Source: Candidatus Omnitrophota bacterium
GTDB lineage: Bacteria; Omnitrophota; Gorgyraeia; Zapsychrales; Fredricksoniimonadaceae
Assembly: GCA_903908245.1 (NCBI GenBank)
Contig: CAIVRE010000006.1
Coordinates: forward strand, 85,951-149,950
Length of the DNA stretch: 64,000 bases
Reading direction: 5' to 3'
A program made the position numbers and the translations under genes. Positions 9,335 to 19,133 of this stretch are shown here, in pieces. Under the pieces are notes generated by a model that searched no databases, was not told the DNA's origin, and worked only from the letters and a program-made list of their open reading frames with translations. How positions within the stretch are numbered: position 1 is the stretch's first letter; the number at the start of each line of letters is the position of its first letter.

Positions 9335-10234
9335 ATGCCGTTAACTGACGCCTCAAACATCCTCTGGTCCTTACTCTTGCTGATCACCGGTGCCATCACC
9401 TGTTTCTTCGACATAACCCGCCAAAAGATCCTCAACACCCATCTTGTTTTCCTGGGGATGCTGGGGGCCATCGTCCTTCTCTTCCATTCGCTCTTGTGGC
9501 ATCACGACCCGGCCACGCACATGCTCAACGGGGCCATTGCGCTGGTCGTCGGAGCCGTCCTCTATATCAGCCATACCTGGCGCGGAGGCGATGCCAAACT
9601 TTTCACGCTTTACGCCTTTCTTATGCCGCTGCCCGCCAAAAGCAACCTGTTCTCATTACCGCCGGTCGCTTTATTCATCAACACCTTCCTCGCCGGGATG
9701 TTCTTCCTGGCCCCGTTCCTCATCAAAGACATGATCCATAACCGCGCCGCCGTTATCGCCCAGGCCAGGTCCGCCGAAGAACAACAGGCCTTTCTCCGGG
9801 GGATCTCCGCCGCGTTCTTCGCGTCATGGATACTGTCCCCTGTCATGCAAACTGTCGTTAAAGCCTACCACACACCGCTCTCGTTCTTTATCGCCTACGT
9901 CGTTTTTGCCATAACCCGGAACGCCGCCATCAAGACCCGGACGGATTATATCCAGCACAATATCCAGAAACACCTGCTCATGATCGTGGCCCTGCTGGTC
10001 ACCGGCACGCTCCTTAGGATATTCCTGACCCCCTGGGCCCTGAACCCTTTTTACCTGGCCCAATATGCCGTGATCTTCCTGGCCTTTTCCGTCTCTTTTG
10101 CCGTCATCTTCCATACGATCCAGCATTTGGAGAACCACAAGGAACGGATCGCTTTCGCGCCTTTCCTGTTCATCGGGTGCGTTCTGAGCTATACGCCGTT
10201 CCTGTCACTGTTCATGCGGGCGCTCCATCATTAA
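9335..10234 (+). CDS. A24-family (prepilin/class III signal) aspartic peptidase lacking the N-terminal Zn/methyltransferase domain
   Basis: Polytopic membrane protein with both catalytic Asp motifs (FFDITRQKILN and WRGGDAKLF) and the C-terminal IAFAPFL typical of A24. Confidence 0.85.
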   Translation: MPLTDASNILWSLLLLITGAITCFFDITRQKILNTHLVFLGMLGAIVLLFHSLLWHHDPATHMLNGAIALVVGAVLYISHTWRGGDAKLFTLYAFLMPLPAKSNLFSLPPVALFINTFLAGMFFLAPFLIKDMIHNRAAVIAQARSAEEQQAFLRGISAAFFASWILSPVMQTVVKAYHTPLSFFIAYVVFAITRNAAIKTRTDYIQHNIQKHLLMIVALLVTGTLLRIFLTPWALNPFYLAQYAVIFLAFSVSFAVIFHTIQHLENHKERIAFAPFLFIGCVLSYTPFLSLFMRALHH

Positions 10235-10353
10235 AAGATGATGCCGCATATGTCCGGGCATGCCCGGTACCAGTAAAATTTATTCTGGAATTAGCTAAAA
10301 GTTCTGTGTAAAGTGGTCCATCGGAAACAATATCTCCTTGAGGCTGTTAAAGC

Positions 10354-11784
10354 ATGCTGACGAGTTCCCTGGAATTGAACTTCCTGAGATTCTTGACCCG
10401 CAATATCCCCATGAGCCTGGAGGATGTTCTTTTCACCCCCTTATATGAAGACCTCCCGCGCGACCATTTCCACCGGTTCCTGACCGGATATTTTGCCGAT
10501 CAGGCCAATGATCACATCGTTCACCGCGGATTATATCTGCACATCCCTTACTGCGTGAATAAATGCGCTTATTGCCATTGCCAGACCTGGCCCGGCCCGG
10601 ATCACCCGTTAAGCCTGAACGATTACGTTAAACGATTAAAGAATGAAATAGCCTGGATCGCCCCCGTCACCGGCGGCCGGGGCTTCAGCCACCTTGCATT
10701 CGGCGGAGGGACTCCATCTCTGCTGAGTGAAAAGCAGATCCAGGGATTGTTCGCTGCGGCAGAACCGCATTTGAACAAGAACACAAGACCGCCCAGGATC
10801 TCTTTTGAAGGCAATCCCGGGTCGCTGACAACACCCAAACTGGAACTGTTGCGCAAACTGGGGGTTCAACGGCTAAGCATAGGGGTACAAACACTCAATG
10901 ACCGCACGCTTAACCTGGTCGGCAGACACCAGTCCTCTGAGGACGTTACCCGATGCATCAACGATGTTAAGGCCCTGGGGTTCCCATTCCTGAACATCGA
11001 CCTGCTGGCCGGCCTGCCTGGACAAACGTCGCAGGAGTTCCTCGACGACCTTGCCCGCATCGTTTCCTTCCGCCCGGAGATCATCCACTTGAACGGGCTC
11101 AGTGACATCGCCGGTACAGCGTTAAACGCCAACAGGCCTTTTAATACGGCCTCGTTCTTCCAACGCCGCCAAAAGATGCTCCTTCAGGGAAAAACGTTCC
11201 TGTCCGAACATGGCTACAAGCAGCAAGGATCAAGCGCTTTTGCGATCGCGCAGGATGGAGAAGATTATGACCGGCTGTTCTATACCGATCGCCCGGGCGC
11301 GGTCATAGGCCTCGGCGCTTTTGCCAGAAGCTCCCTGCCGGGCGGAGGCTTGTTCGAAAGCCTTCTTTCCGGGAAATCCGTCAACGCATTCGCGTATCGC
11401 GGGCAAAAGATCTCCCGAAAACAATCCATGGCAAAAATGATCGTGATCAATATTATTAACGGTATGGATATCGATCGGCTCGGCACCCTCTTTAACGAAG
11501 ATGCGCGGGCTGTATTCGCCGAAGAGATCAAGGCCCTTACACAACGCGGGATGGTCGCGGAAAAAGCCGGCTGCTGGATCTATCCGGGAGAACACAGTTT
11601 CAAGGGGCTTTTCGATCTTCACTCACACCTGAAGATCCTTTTCGGCAAGGAAGTCCTGGAACTTTTATGGCGGAAATACCGCAAGGCCTATTCCGCTTCC
11701 GAAAACTATCTGGACGCCCCCCATCTGGCATGGGCCATACAAAACCAATGGTTCACCAACAGCTATTACGGCCTTGGCTGGTAA
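10354..11784 (+). CDS. HemN-like (class C-type) radical SAM protein
   Basis: LYLHIPYCVNKCAYCHC, FGGGTPS, RLSIGVQT and NIDLLAGLPGQ motifs. Confidence 0.9.
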   Translation: MLTSSLELNFLRFLTRNIPMSLEDVLFTPLYEDLPRDHFHRFLTGYFADQANDHIVHRGLYLHIPYCVNKCAYCHCQTWPGPDHPLSLNDYVKRLKNEIAWIAPVTGGRGFSHLAFGGGTPSLLSEKQIQGLFAAAEPHLNKNTRPPRISFEGNPGSLTTPKLELLRKLGVQRLSIGVQTLNDRTLNLVGRHQSSEDVTRCINDVKALGFPFLNIDLLAGLPGQTSQEFLDDLARIVSFRPEIIHLNGLSDIAGTALNANRPFNTASFFQRRQKMLLQGKTFLSEHGYKQQGSSAFAIAQDGEDYDRLFYTDRPGAVIGLGAFARSSLPGGGLFESLLSGKSVNAFAYRGQKISRKQSMAKMIVINIINGMDIDRLGTLFNEDARAVFAEEIKALTQRGMVAEKAGCWIYPGEHSFKGLFDLHSHLKILFGKEVLELLWRKYRKAYSASENYLDAPHLAWAIQNQWFTNSYYGLGW

Positions 11785-11802
11785 TGGCCCCTTAACCTTT
11801 AT

Positions 11803-13122
11803 ATGAAAAACCCGAAGATCATCATATTTTCGCCTCCCTACCATCATCTCGGCACCAGGGAGTTATACGGTCAAAGCGGACGGGAAGACTGGTTCCCCCT
11901 CGGCGCTTTTTCCATCACCAATGCGCTGCGGCTGGCCGGCAATGAACACACCTTTCTTTATTACCAGGAAGACCATTCTCCCCGGACTCTGGAGCGCCTG
12001 ATCAAAAGGATCAAGCCGGACATTGTCGGCATATCCTGCTTTTCGTTGACCCGGTTCGCGTGCCTTGACCTTGCGAAACGTGTTAAAAAGATCGACCGGG
12101 ATACCCTCACCATCCTCGGGGGGACCCATCCTTCGTTCCTGGATAAACAGATCATGACAAACTACCCGTTCATTGATATGGTCCTGCGGGGTTACGGAGA
12201 AACGGCCTTTCCGGATATTGCCGATGCCTTCTCCCGCCGGAAAACTTTTGACGGGATCCCGGGATTATCCTGGAGGGATAAAGGGCGCTGGATCAGGAAT
12301 CGCGACGGACAAATCCACGATGAACTATCCCTGCCGCTTGCCAAAGACATGCGCGATGCGATCCTCGGAGAGTTCCCGTCCTGGATATCCCGGGACATGA
12401 TCTCCCATACTATCCCGGTTGAGACCGCCAGGGGATGCCCGTACCATTGTTTCTTCTGCAGTAAAATAGAGCAGAAAGAAAACAGGGTCATTGACCGCGA
12501 TCCCGGTCATGTCCTCAAATATATCAAAGGGCTGTTCAAGCTTTTCGGGCCGCGTCCGATATACTTCTGCGCCCCCAATTTTACGCTCAACAAGAAAAAG
12601 GCACTGGCCCTCTGCCGGGCCTTAAAACGTTCAAAACTTCAGGTCCAATGGACATGCGGGACGCGTATCGACCTTATCGACAAAGAACTCCTCCTCGAAA
12701 TGAAAACTGCCGGCTGCCAGCGGATCTATTACGGCGTGGACTCCTTATGTCAAAGGCTGCTCCATTCCATCCACAGGGACTACACGCCGGAAAAAGCCGT
12801 CAGGGACCTGAACCTTACCGTTGCCTGCGGCCTGGCATGCGAAGCCAATTTACTGATCGGGTTCCCGGGTGAAGACCGCCGGTCCCTGTCGGAGTCGCTG
12901 TTGTTCCTGCGCAAGATCGACCCGAAGGTCTCCGTTGTTGTCCGGCCGCTGAAGATCATGCCCGGTTCGCAGCTTTACCATAAAGCGATCGAAGAAGGCT
13001 TTGATGAAACATACTGGCTCAAAGACCATGGCACCGATTTTCCGGATTATACGGGCAGCTTGCCTGCCAAAGAACTTGTTAAATACTGCCGGACCTTTAA
13101 CGAAATCAGGAGAAGAACATGA
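11803..13122 (+). CDS. Cobalamin-dependent (class B) radical SAM protein
   Basis: B12-binding domain (PDIVGIS, LGGTHPS), TARGCPYHCFFC and IGFPGE. Confidence 0.9.
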   Translation: MKNPKIIIFSPPYHHLGTRELYGQSGREDWFPLGAFSITNALRLAGNEHTFLYYQEDHSPRTLERLIKRIKPDIVGISCFSLTRFACLDLAKRVKKIDRDTLTILGGTHPSFLDKQIMTNYPFIDMVLRGYGETAFPDIADAFSRRKTFDGIPGLSWRDKGRWIRNRDGQIHDELSLPLAKDMRDAILGEFPSWISRDMISHTIPVETARGCPYHCFFCSKIEQKENRVIDRDPGHVLKYIKGLFKLFGPRPIYFCAPNFTLNKKKALALCRALKRSKLQVQWTCGTRIDLIDKELLLEMKTAGCQRIYYGVDSLCQRLLHSIHRDYTPEKAVRDLNLTVACGLACEANLLIGFPGEDRRSLSESLLFLRKIDPKVSVVVRPLKIMPGSQLYHKAIEEGFDETYWLKDHGTDFPDYTGSLPAKELVKYCRTFNEIRRRT

Positions 13123-13592
13123 CCCAGGCCGCTTCCAGGATCTGCCTTGCTGCCCAAAGGCTGGCACAACACGCCGGGCAATGCCTTTTCGTGACCCTCG
13201 GCCACGGCGGGTCCCCCAGGGCGAGATATATGGGCGCTTTAAAGGTCGACAACGGAATGAAGGTATTCCTGGTCTGCCGGCCCGGATCGAACAAAGTGCG
13301 GGAGATCGCCCGGGACCCCCGCGCGCAGGTCGTCCTTGCGGATGAGCCCCGTCGCCGGGTGGTCACGCTCAACGGGAACGCTTATCTGGAACGCTCAAGG
13401 ACCGTCCGCAAGAAACTTTTTACCGCTACGGCCCCTTTGAAATTGTATCCCGCCTTTAATAACGATTTCGGGGTGATCCGTTTCATCCCTGAAACACTGG
13501 AATATCTGGACCTGGATATCAGGCTTGAACCCGTCATCATTGACCTGACAGGGAGGCGCCATTGCTCGCCCAAGACACTAAAAACTTCCTGA
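13119..13592 (+). CDS. Pyridoxamine 5'-phosphate oxidase-like split-barrel flavin-binding protein
   Basis: PRARYM, SNKVREIARDPRAQV and VTLNGNA pattern; 157 aa. Confidence 0.75.
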   Translation: MTQAASRICLAAQRLAQHAGQCLFVTLGHGGSPRARYMGALKVDNGMKVFLVCRPGSNKVREIARDPRAQVVLADEPRRRVVTLNGNAYLERSRTVRKKLFTATAPLKLYPAFNNDFGVIRFIPETLEYLDLDIRLEPVIIDLTGRRHCSPKTLKTS

Positions 13593-15007
13593 GGTTCCTG
13601 ACCCTCACCGTCCCCGGAGGGATCGAAGATACTCTGGCCGTCCCTCTGTTCCATCCTTTAAGCCCGAAAGAGATCGGAACACATCTTAAACGCTTCGCGC
13701 AAAAGCCGTTCCCCGGCGGCCAACCGCCCAAAACGCACCTCAATATCCATATCCCGTTCTGTTCCTCCCTGTGCTCTTATTGCCATTGTTCCCGCGTCAA
13801 ACTCAAGAACAGGGAACAATTGCGTGATCATGTCGGGCTCATTATCGACCAGATCCGGACATTTGCGCCCTTGTTAAAAGGCCATGAATTCACCTCCCTG
13901 TCCCTGCTGGGAGGAACAGTATCCCTCCTGGAAGATCCCGCGATCGACCAACTCCTGACCGAAGCCCTCGGCCGATTCACATTCCGGAAGAAAACCGATA
14001 TCCATTTCGAAGGGCATCCGGTGTCCCTGACCTCCGCCAAACTGCGCCTTTTACGGCGCCGGGGCGTCAACCGCATCAACCTCGGAGTCCAGACCCTGGA
14101 TGAAAAAGTACTGAAGAACATCAAACGGAACCAGACCAGAAAAGACGTGGAAAAGTGTATCAAGGCTGTCAGGCGATCAGGCTTTCCCTGCCTGAATGTT
14201 GACGTCATCGCCGGACTGCCTGGCCAGACAGTGACCAGCTTCCTGAAGGACATCCAGGACCTGATCCGCTGGAAGGTCGATCTGATCCATATCAACCCCT
14301 TCAGCGATATTGTCGGATCAGCCTGTTACCGGGAGAACCCCGTCGATCTGGCCATGCTTTTCAACCGCCGGCAGGCCATGATCCTCAAAGCCGTTTCACT
14401 CTTGGGATCCGCCGGCTATTCCAACCGGTCGCTTGCCGGATACCAAAGGGCCGGCCTGAAATATAAAGCCGGGAAACAAACGCTTCCCCCGGACGATCAT
14501 GCCGGCGCTGTGCTGAGCCTCGGGATATTCGCCCGCAGCAGCCTTCCGGGAAGCCTAGTCTTTGAAACCCTCCCCTGCGACGACACCTTCAGTACCGCCC
14601 GTTACGCCGGCCACCCGGTCGATCAACGCTACGCCATGGCCAACTATGCCACGCTGCATCTGCTTGACGGAATGGACATCGCCGCCTTCCGGCGCCTTTT
14701 TACCGCCGGTCCCGCTGATATCTTTCAAAAAGAACTTCTGGCCCTTGCCGAAGAAGGCCTGCTGTCATCCGACGGAAAGACATGGCGCTACTGCGGCCCC
14801 TGGACCATCCCCGGACTTTTCAATTATTACTCCCTCACCAAGATATTGTACGGGAAGAAGATGCTTGATGCATTGCGGCGGACCTATGCGGCAAAATATG
14901 ATCCGGCGGCCGATCATGGCTCGCCGAAAAACCTTTTGAGGATATTCCAGGACCTCTGGTACACGCGGACCTATTACCGGTTAGGCTACAAATCCTGCTG
15001 GCTATAA
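13562..15007 (+). CDS. HemN-like radical SAM protein
   Basis: HIPFCSSLCSYCHC, LGGTVS, RINLGVQT and NVDVIAGLPGQ motifs. Confidence 0.9.
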   Translation: MLAQDTKNFLRFLTLTVPGGIEDTLAVPLFHPLSPKEIGTHLKRFAQKPFPGGQPPKTHLNIHIPFCSSLCSYCHCSRVKLKNREQLRDHVGLIIDQIRTFAPLLKGHEFTSLSLLGGTVSLLEDPAIDQLLTEALGRFTFRKKTDIHFEGHPVSLTSAKLRLLRRRGVNRINLGVQTLDEKVLKNIKRNQTRKDVEKCIKAVRRSGFPCLNVDVIAGLPGQTVTSFLKDIQDLIRWKVDLIHINPFSDIVGSACYRENPVDLAMLFNRRQAMILKAVSLLGSAGYSNRSLAGYQRAGLKYKAGKQTLPPDDHAGAVLSLGIFARSSLPGSLVFETLPCDDTFSTARYAGHPVDQRYAMANYATLHLLDGMDIAAFRRLFTAGPADIFQKELLALAEEGLLSSDGKTWRYCGPWTIPGLFNYYSLTKILYGKKMLDALRRTYAAKYDPAADHGSPKNLLRIFQDLWYTRTYYRLGYKSCWL

Positions 15008-15027
15008 AGACCGCGTCGGAAAACCTT

Positions 15028-16458
15028 TCATACCCCCAGGTCATATACCGCTTGCACGAACCAGCCGTTATCCATGATCTTTAACATGAACCGCTCCTGA
15101 GAATAATCAACCGACGAATGATACTCCCGGCTGAAATTGGCCTGCAACTTTTCCAACAGGGCATCATCGTACAGGATCTTGATCCACGCAAAAAGATCGA
15201 ATAATGCCCGGAACGACCTTGTGCCCGGATAAACAAGCCGCCCGTCCTGCCAGGCCACCAGGCCCAGATGCTCCAAACGCTTCAACCCCGCTCCAAAAAC
15301 GCCCTCCAGGCTTTCCCCGAAGATCCTTTGAAAATCTTTCCTTTGGATCCCTGATAAAATATTTAAAATAATAAAATTAGCCATTACGGCATGTTTCGGA
15401 TAAGCATAACCAAAATATTCATTATCCGTCATGTCCTTTCCCGACCTTGGCAGGCACTGCATCACGGCCTGCCCCGGAAAGGTACTGATCGCATACGCCC
15501 CGATCCCCAGCGTAGCCCCGACAGATCGTTCATAAAGCACAGACTGCTCCTTTTCTCCTCCGGAGACCATTTGAAAAGCCTCATGCCCCCGCCTCAAATA
15601 CCCTCCGGAAAGGAGCATCTCCCTGCCTTTTCTGGTCATGGTATGCCGCCCCTTGAAAAAAGCGGCAATATCCCCTTTCTTCATTTGATAATAGGGCGAC
15701 GGCTGTATATTCCAGAAAGGATGAAGATGGATCACTTCCGGCTTACGCGCGATCAGGAACCGCAGGTCCGCCAGAAAGCTTGCCTCTGTCTGCAACGGAA
15801 GGCCTGCCATCACATCAATATTCAGGAAATCAAAACTCAAACTCCGGATATTATCGATACAACGCTCGACCTCTTCCCTGCTCTGCAAGCGATCTACTGC
15901 GTTAAGAACTTTCTTGTTCAGGGTCTGCACGCCAAGGCTTATCCGGGAAACTCCCCCTTCTTTCAAAGCCTTCAATTTATCAAGCGTTAATGTCCGCGGG
16001 CTGCCTTCAAACATAAAATAAGCCTTTTCCCGTACAGCAAACGACCGGCGGATCGACCCGAGGAGCCCCGTGATCTGAGCCGCGCTCAATAATGAAGGGG
16101 TCCCTCCGCCAAAATTACATATATCAACAGGCACGCCCCTGGCATGAGGCGCATAAGCATCTATCATCCCCAACAAATACTGATAATACGCCTGCATCTC
16201 CGCTTTTTGAGCAACGGCCTTTCGCTCGCACCAGCAGTAAAGGCAACGCTTCAGACAAAAAGGAATATGAAAATAAAGAGAAAAAGCCGGAGAATAAGAA
16301 CGATACCCCCGCTGAAAGAAACGGTCGATATGCTTCCCCATGACAGTCCCGGGAACCGGATTAAAAAGGGCTCCGCCGAACATGTCCACCTGGCCCAGAG
16401 GCAGCTTAAGTGTCAGGAATCTCAGGAAATTAATATCCCGGATCTTCATGGCCTTCAT
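15028..16458 (-). CDS. HemN-like radical SAM protein
   Basis: YFHIPFCLKRCLYCWC, FGGGTPS and RISLGVQT motifs. Start placed at ATG 16458 (ATGA overlap with the upstream stop). Confidence 0.9.
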   Translation of the reverse strand: MKAMKIRDINFLRFLTLKLPLGQVDMFGGALFNPVPGTVMGKHIDRFFQRGYRSYSPAFSLYFHIPFCLKRCLYCWCERKAVAQKAEMQAYYQYLLGMIDAYAPHARGVPVDICNFGGGTPSLLSAAQITGLLGSIRRSFAVREKAYFMFEGSPRTLTLDKLKALKEGGVSRISLGVQTLNKKVLNAVDRLQSREEVERCIDNIRSLSFDFLNIDVMAGLPLQTEASFLADLRFLIARKPEVIHLHPFWNIQPSPYYQMKKGDIAAFFKGRHTMTRKGREMLLSGGYLRRGHEAFQMVSGGEKEQSVLYERSVGATLGIGAYAISTFPGQAVMQCLPRSGKDMTDNEYFGYAYPKHAVMANFIILNILSGIQRKDFQRIFGESLEGVFGAGLKRLEHLGLVAWQDGRLVYPGTRSFRALFDLFAWIKILYDDALLEKLQANFSREYHSSVDYSQERFMLKIMDNGWFVQAVYDLGV

Positions 16459-17813
16459 TGTCCATTCCCGGAGGAAAAATACTCGCGGCCCGCGCTGCGG
16501 AACGCCCGGAGCCAATGCTCCATCGAGCGCCCCTTGATGGCCGCCATATACGACGGGATCGCTTCCTCGTGGTCGCTTAACCAGTACGACTCGTCAAACC
16601 CCTCTTCCAGAGCCTGCTGATACAGCGGCGATCCAGGCATAATATACAGCGGAGAAACATCCACCACGCAAGAAGCCGGAAGCCGCTTTAAATTCTGAAA
16701 AGACTCTTTCAGGGTAACTTCTGTTTCTCCGGGGAAACCGATCATCAGGTGGACGCAAGGCCTTATCCCCGTTGACGCAACCAACGCCAAGTTCCGGATC
16801 GCCAGCCCCGGAGCATAGTTCTTCCCCGACGAACGCAGGATCCTGCGGGATAACGAATCCAGCCCGAAGAAAATACCCCGGCAGCCGGCCTTCTTCATCC
16901 CAAGCAAAAGCTCCTCATCGACAAGGTCGACCCTTGTTGTACATACCCAGGAAAAACAGAACCGCTCGCGGATGATCGCCGAACACAGCCGCAGGGCATA
17001 TTCCCTGTTAAGCGTAAAATTCATATCATGGAAATAAACAAAATCCCGGCAGCCTTCAGGGATCAGGTAAAGCTGTGCGATGACCTGATCGATGTTTTTT
17101 TCTGAAACCTTCCGCTGCCAAAGCCCGACGGTACTGCAGAACCGGCAAGCGAACGGACACCCCCGATGCGTTTCAACAGGGATCCCGTCGTGCATCAGGA
17201 TCGCGGCGTCCGGGTCTTTCAGCGGTTTGACCGGAAAAGCCTTAAGATCGATCAGCGGTAATTCGTCAAGACCGGTCAACGACGGACGGGATGCGCTGCG
17301 GTGAGGCTTCCCCCCGGACCGGAACGTTATCCCCGCCACAGACGAAAGGTCCCGGCCCGCATCGAGCGCCCTCAACAGCGCCTCAAAGGAATCCTCGCCT
17401 TCTCCCCTGACAACATAATCAACACACGGATACGAAGACAGTATCTGTCCGTCCAGGAAAGTGGCATGGATCCCGCCCATGATCACCGTGACCGCCGGGT
17501 CGACTTCCTTGACGAGCCGGGCAAGCTCGACACAGGCAAAACGGTTGAACGATTGGCATGAAATACCAATGACCGAAGGCCGCTCCCGCCGGATATACCG
17601 GGCCAGCGTCCCTGGCGAATAGTCGGTACCGCAATAGATCCGGCAGCGCGCCTTCAACCGCTCCTGAAGACAGGACGCTATTGACGCCAGCCCCAGGGAG
17701 AGCCGCAGCGGGGCTTCAAAAGGGTCCCGAAGGCGCGGGTTCCCCAAATGCCGTCCGGGTGGCAGAAAAAAAAGAATGTTAAAGCTGTTTATCCGGGATC
17801 CCATGATCATCAA
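16455..17813 (-). CDS. Cobalamin-dependent radical SAM protein
   Basis: PSVIGIS, MGGIHAT, VRGEGE and HRGCPFACRFC motifs. Confidence 0.9.
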   Translation of the reverse strand: MMIMGSRINSFNILFFLPPGRHLGNPRLRDPFEAPLRLSLGLASIASCLQERLKARCRIYCGTDYSPGTLARYIRRERPSVIGISCQSFNRFACVELARLVKEVDPAVTVIMGGIHATFLDGQILSSYPCVDYVVRGEGEDSFEALLRALDAGRDLSSVAGITFRSGGKPHRSASRPSLTGLDELPLIDLKAFPVKPLKDPDAAILMHDGIPVETHRGCPFACRFCSTVGLWQRKVSEKNIDQVIAQLYLIPEGCRDFVYFHDMNFTLNREYALRLCSAIIRERFCFSWVCTTRVDLVDEELLLGMKKAGCRGIFFGLDSLSRRILRSSGKNYAPGLAIRNLALVASTGIRPCVHLMIGFPGETEVTLKESFQNLKRLPASCVVDVSPLYIMPGSPLYQQALEEGFDESYWLSDHEEAIPSYMAAIKGRSMEHWLRAFRSAGREYFSSGNGQ

Positions 17814-17819
17814 AACCCG

Positions 17820-19133
17820 CTAACCGTTCCGCGCGGTAACCCGCTCGAATTTCTTCACCCATTTCCACTGCTCCTGCGCCGGGATCGACCCGGTGTAATA
17901 CGGCAGCGCCTCCGCATGATCCTCAAGCCAGTACGCTTCATCGAACCCCTCCCCAAGGGCGACGTCATATAACGGCGCCCCGGGCACGATCTCCAGCGGA
18001 TGCACCGCGAGAGTGATCCCGGGATGAAGCTTCCTGCACCCGATCAACGATTCCATCAGCGTTTCTTTGGTCTCCTGCGGAAATCCTACAATAAGGTTGA
18101 AATGAACCCTTATCCCCATCTCCGCTGTCAAATTGGCATTCGCGATAGCCACCTCGGGATCATACTCCTTATGGATCGAACGCAAGACAGTGCCGGAAAG
18201 CGACTCCACTCCGAACAGGATCATTTTGCAGCCCGCTTTCTTCATGATCTTCAAAAGCGGCTTGTCGATCAGATGGACCCTGGTCTGACAGCCCCAATGC
18301 AGATCCATGCCACTGGCAATGACCGCGGAACAAAATGCGCGCGTATACGCTTTATCCAACGTAAAGGTCAGATCCGGGAAAATAATATGCTTTCGATACG
18401 CTTCAGGAATAAGGCGGATCTGTTCTATGGCGCGCTCGACGCTTCTCTTGACGGTCTTCCGCCCCCAAAACCCGACGGCACTGCAAAAAAGACACACAAA
18501 AGGGCATCCGCGCGTTATTTCCACCGGTAATCCGGACAAAATATCTTCTTTTTCCCAGGATCGGCCCAAAGGCTGCAATTGATATTTGGAATAATCGATC
18601 AACGGGAATTCGTCAAGGCTCGCCACCCTGGCCCGAGGCGCTGTACGCATGACTTTCCCTGAATGAAGAAAAGAAATACCCCGGATCTTGCGCAGATCCT
18701 TTCCCTGCCGAAGGGCGTCGAGAAGATCAAGAAAAGTTATCTCCCCCTCGCCGCGAACAATATAATCCACATCCGGACAGGTGCGAAGGATCTGCCGGTC
18801 CAAACACGTCGCGTGAGCCCCCCCCAGGATCACCGTCACGGAAGGATCCAGGGCCTTCATCAATCGGGCCAGCTCCAGGCAGGCGAACCGATTATAAGAT
18901 ACGCAGGATAAACCGATCACGGAAGGCCGATTCGTCCGGAGAAATTCCTTTAACGCCGCGATGGAATAATCTCCCGATGAATACGGGATACAGGTTATAT
19001 CCGAATGATGCTCAACATATGCCGCGATCGATGCTATCCCAAGATCAATATGAAATGGCGGAACAACGGTCTCGTCGAACTTAAAGGACGGCAGCAGATG
19101 CCTGTCAGGAGGATTGAACAATACGACCCGCAT
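17820..19133 (-). CDS. Cobalamin-dependent radical SAM protein
   Basis: PSVIGLS, LGGAHAT, VRGEGE and TRGCPFVCLFC motifs. Confidence 0.9.
   Translation of the reverse strand: MRVVLFNPPDRHLLPSFKFDETVVPPFHIDLGIASIAAYVEHHSDITCIPYSSGDYSIAALKEFLRTNRPSVIGLSCVSYNRFACLELARLMKALDPSVTVILGGAHATCLDRQILRTCPDVDYIVRGEGEITFLDLLDALRQGKDLRKIRGISFLHSGKVMRTAPRARVASLDEFPLIDYSKYQLQPLGRSWEKEDILSGLPVEITRGCPFVCLFCSAVGFWGRKTVKRSVERAIEQIRLIPEAYRKHIIFPDLTFTLDKAYTRAFCSAVIASGMDLHWGCQTRVHLIDKPLLKIMKKAGCKMILFGVESLSGTVLRSIHKEYDPEVAIANANLTAEMGIRVHFNLIVGFPQETKETLMESLIGCRKLHPGITLAVHPLEIVPGAPLYDVALGEGFDEAYWLEDHAEALPYYTGSIPAQEQWKWVKKFERVTARNG

Noticed and set aside
10354-16458. Annotating the three HemN-like genes as heme biosynthesis hemN
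   Set aside because: There are no other hem genes nearby, and the three paralogues have private motifs inside a tailoring cluster.
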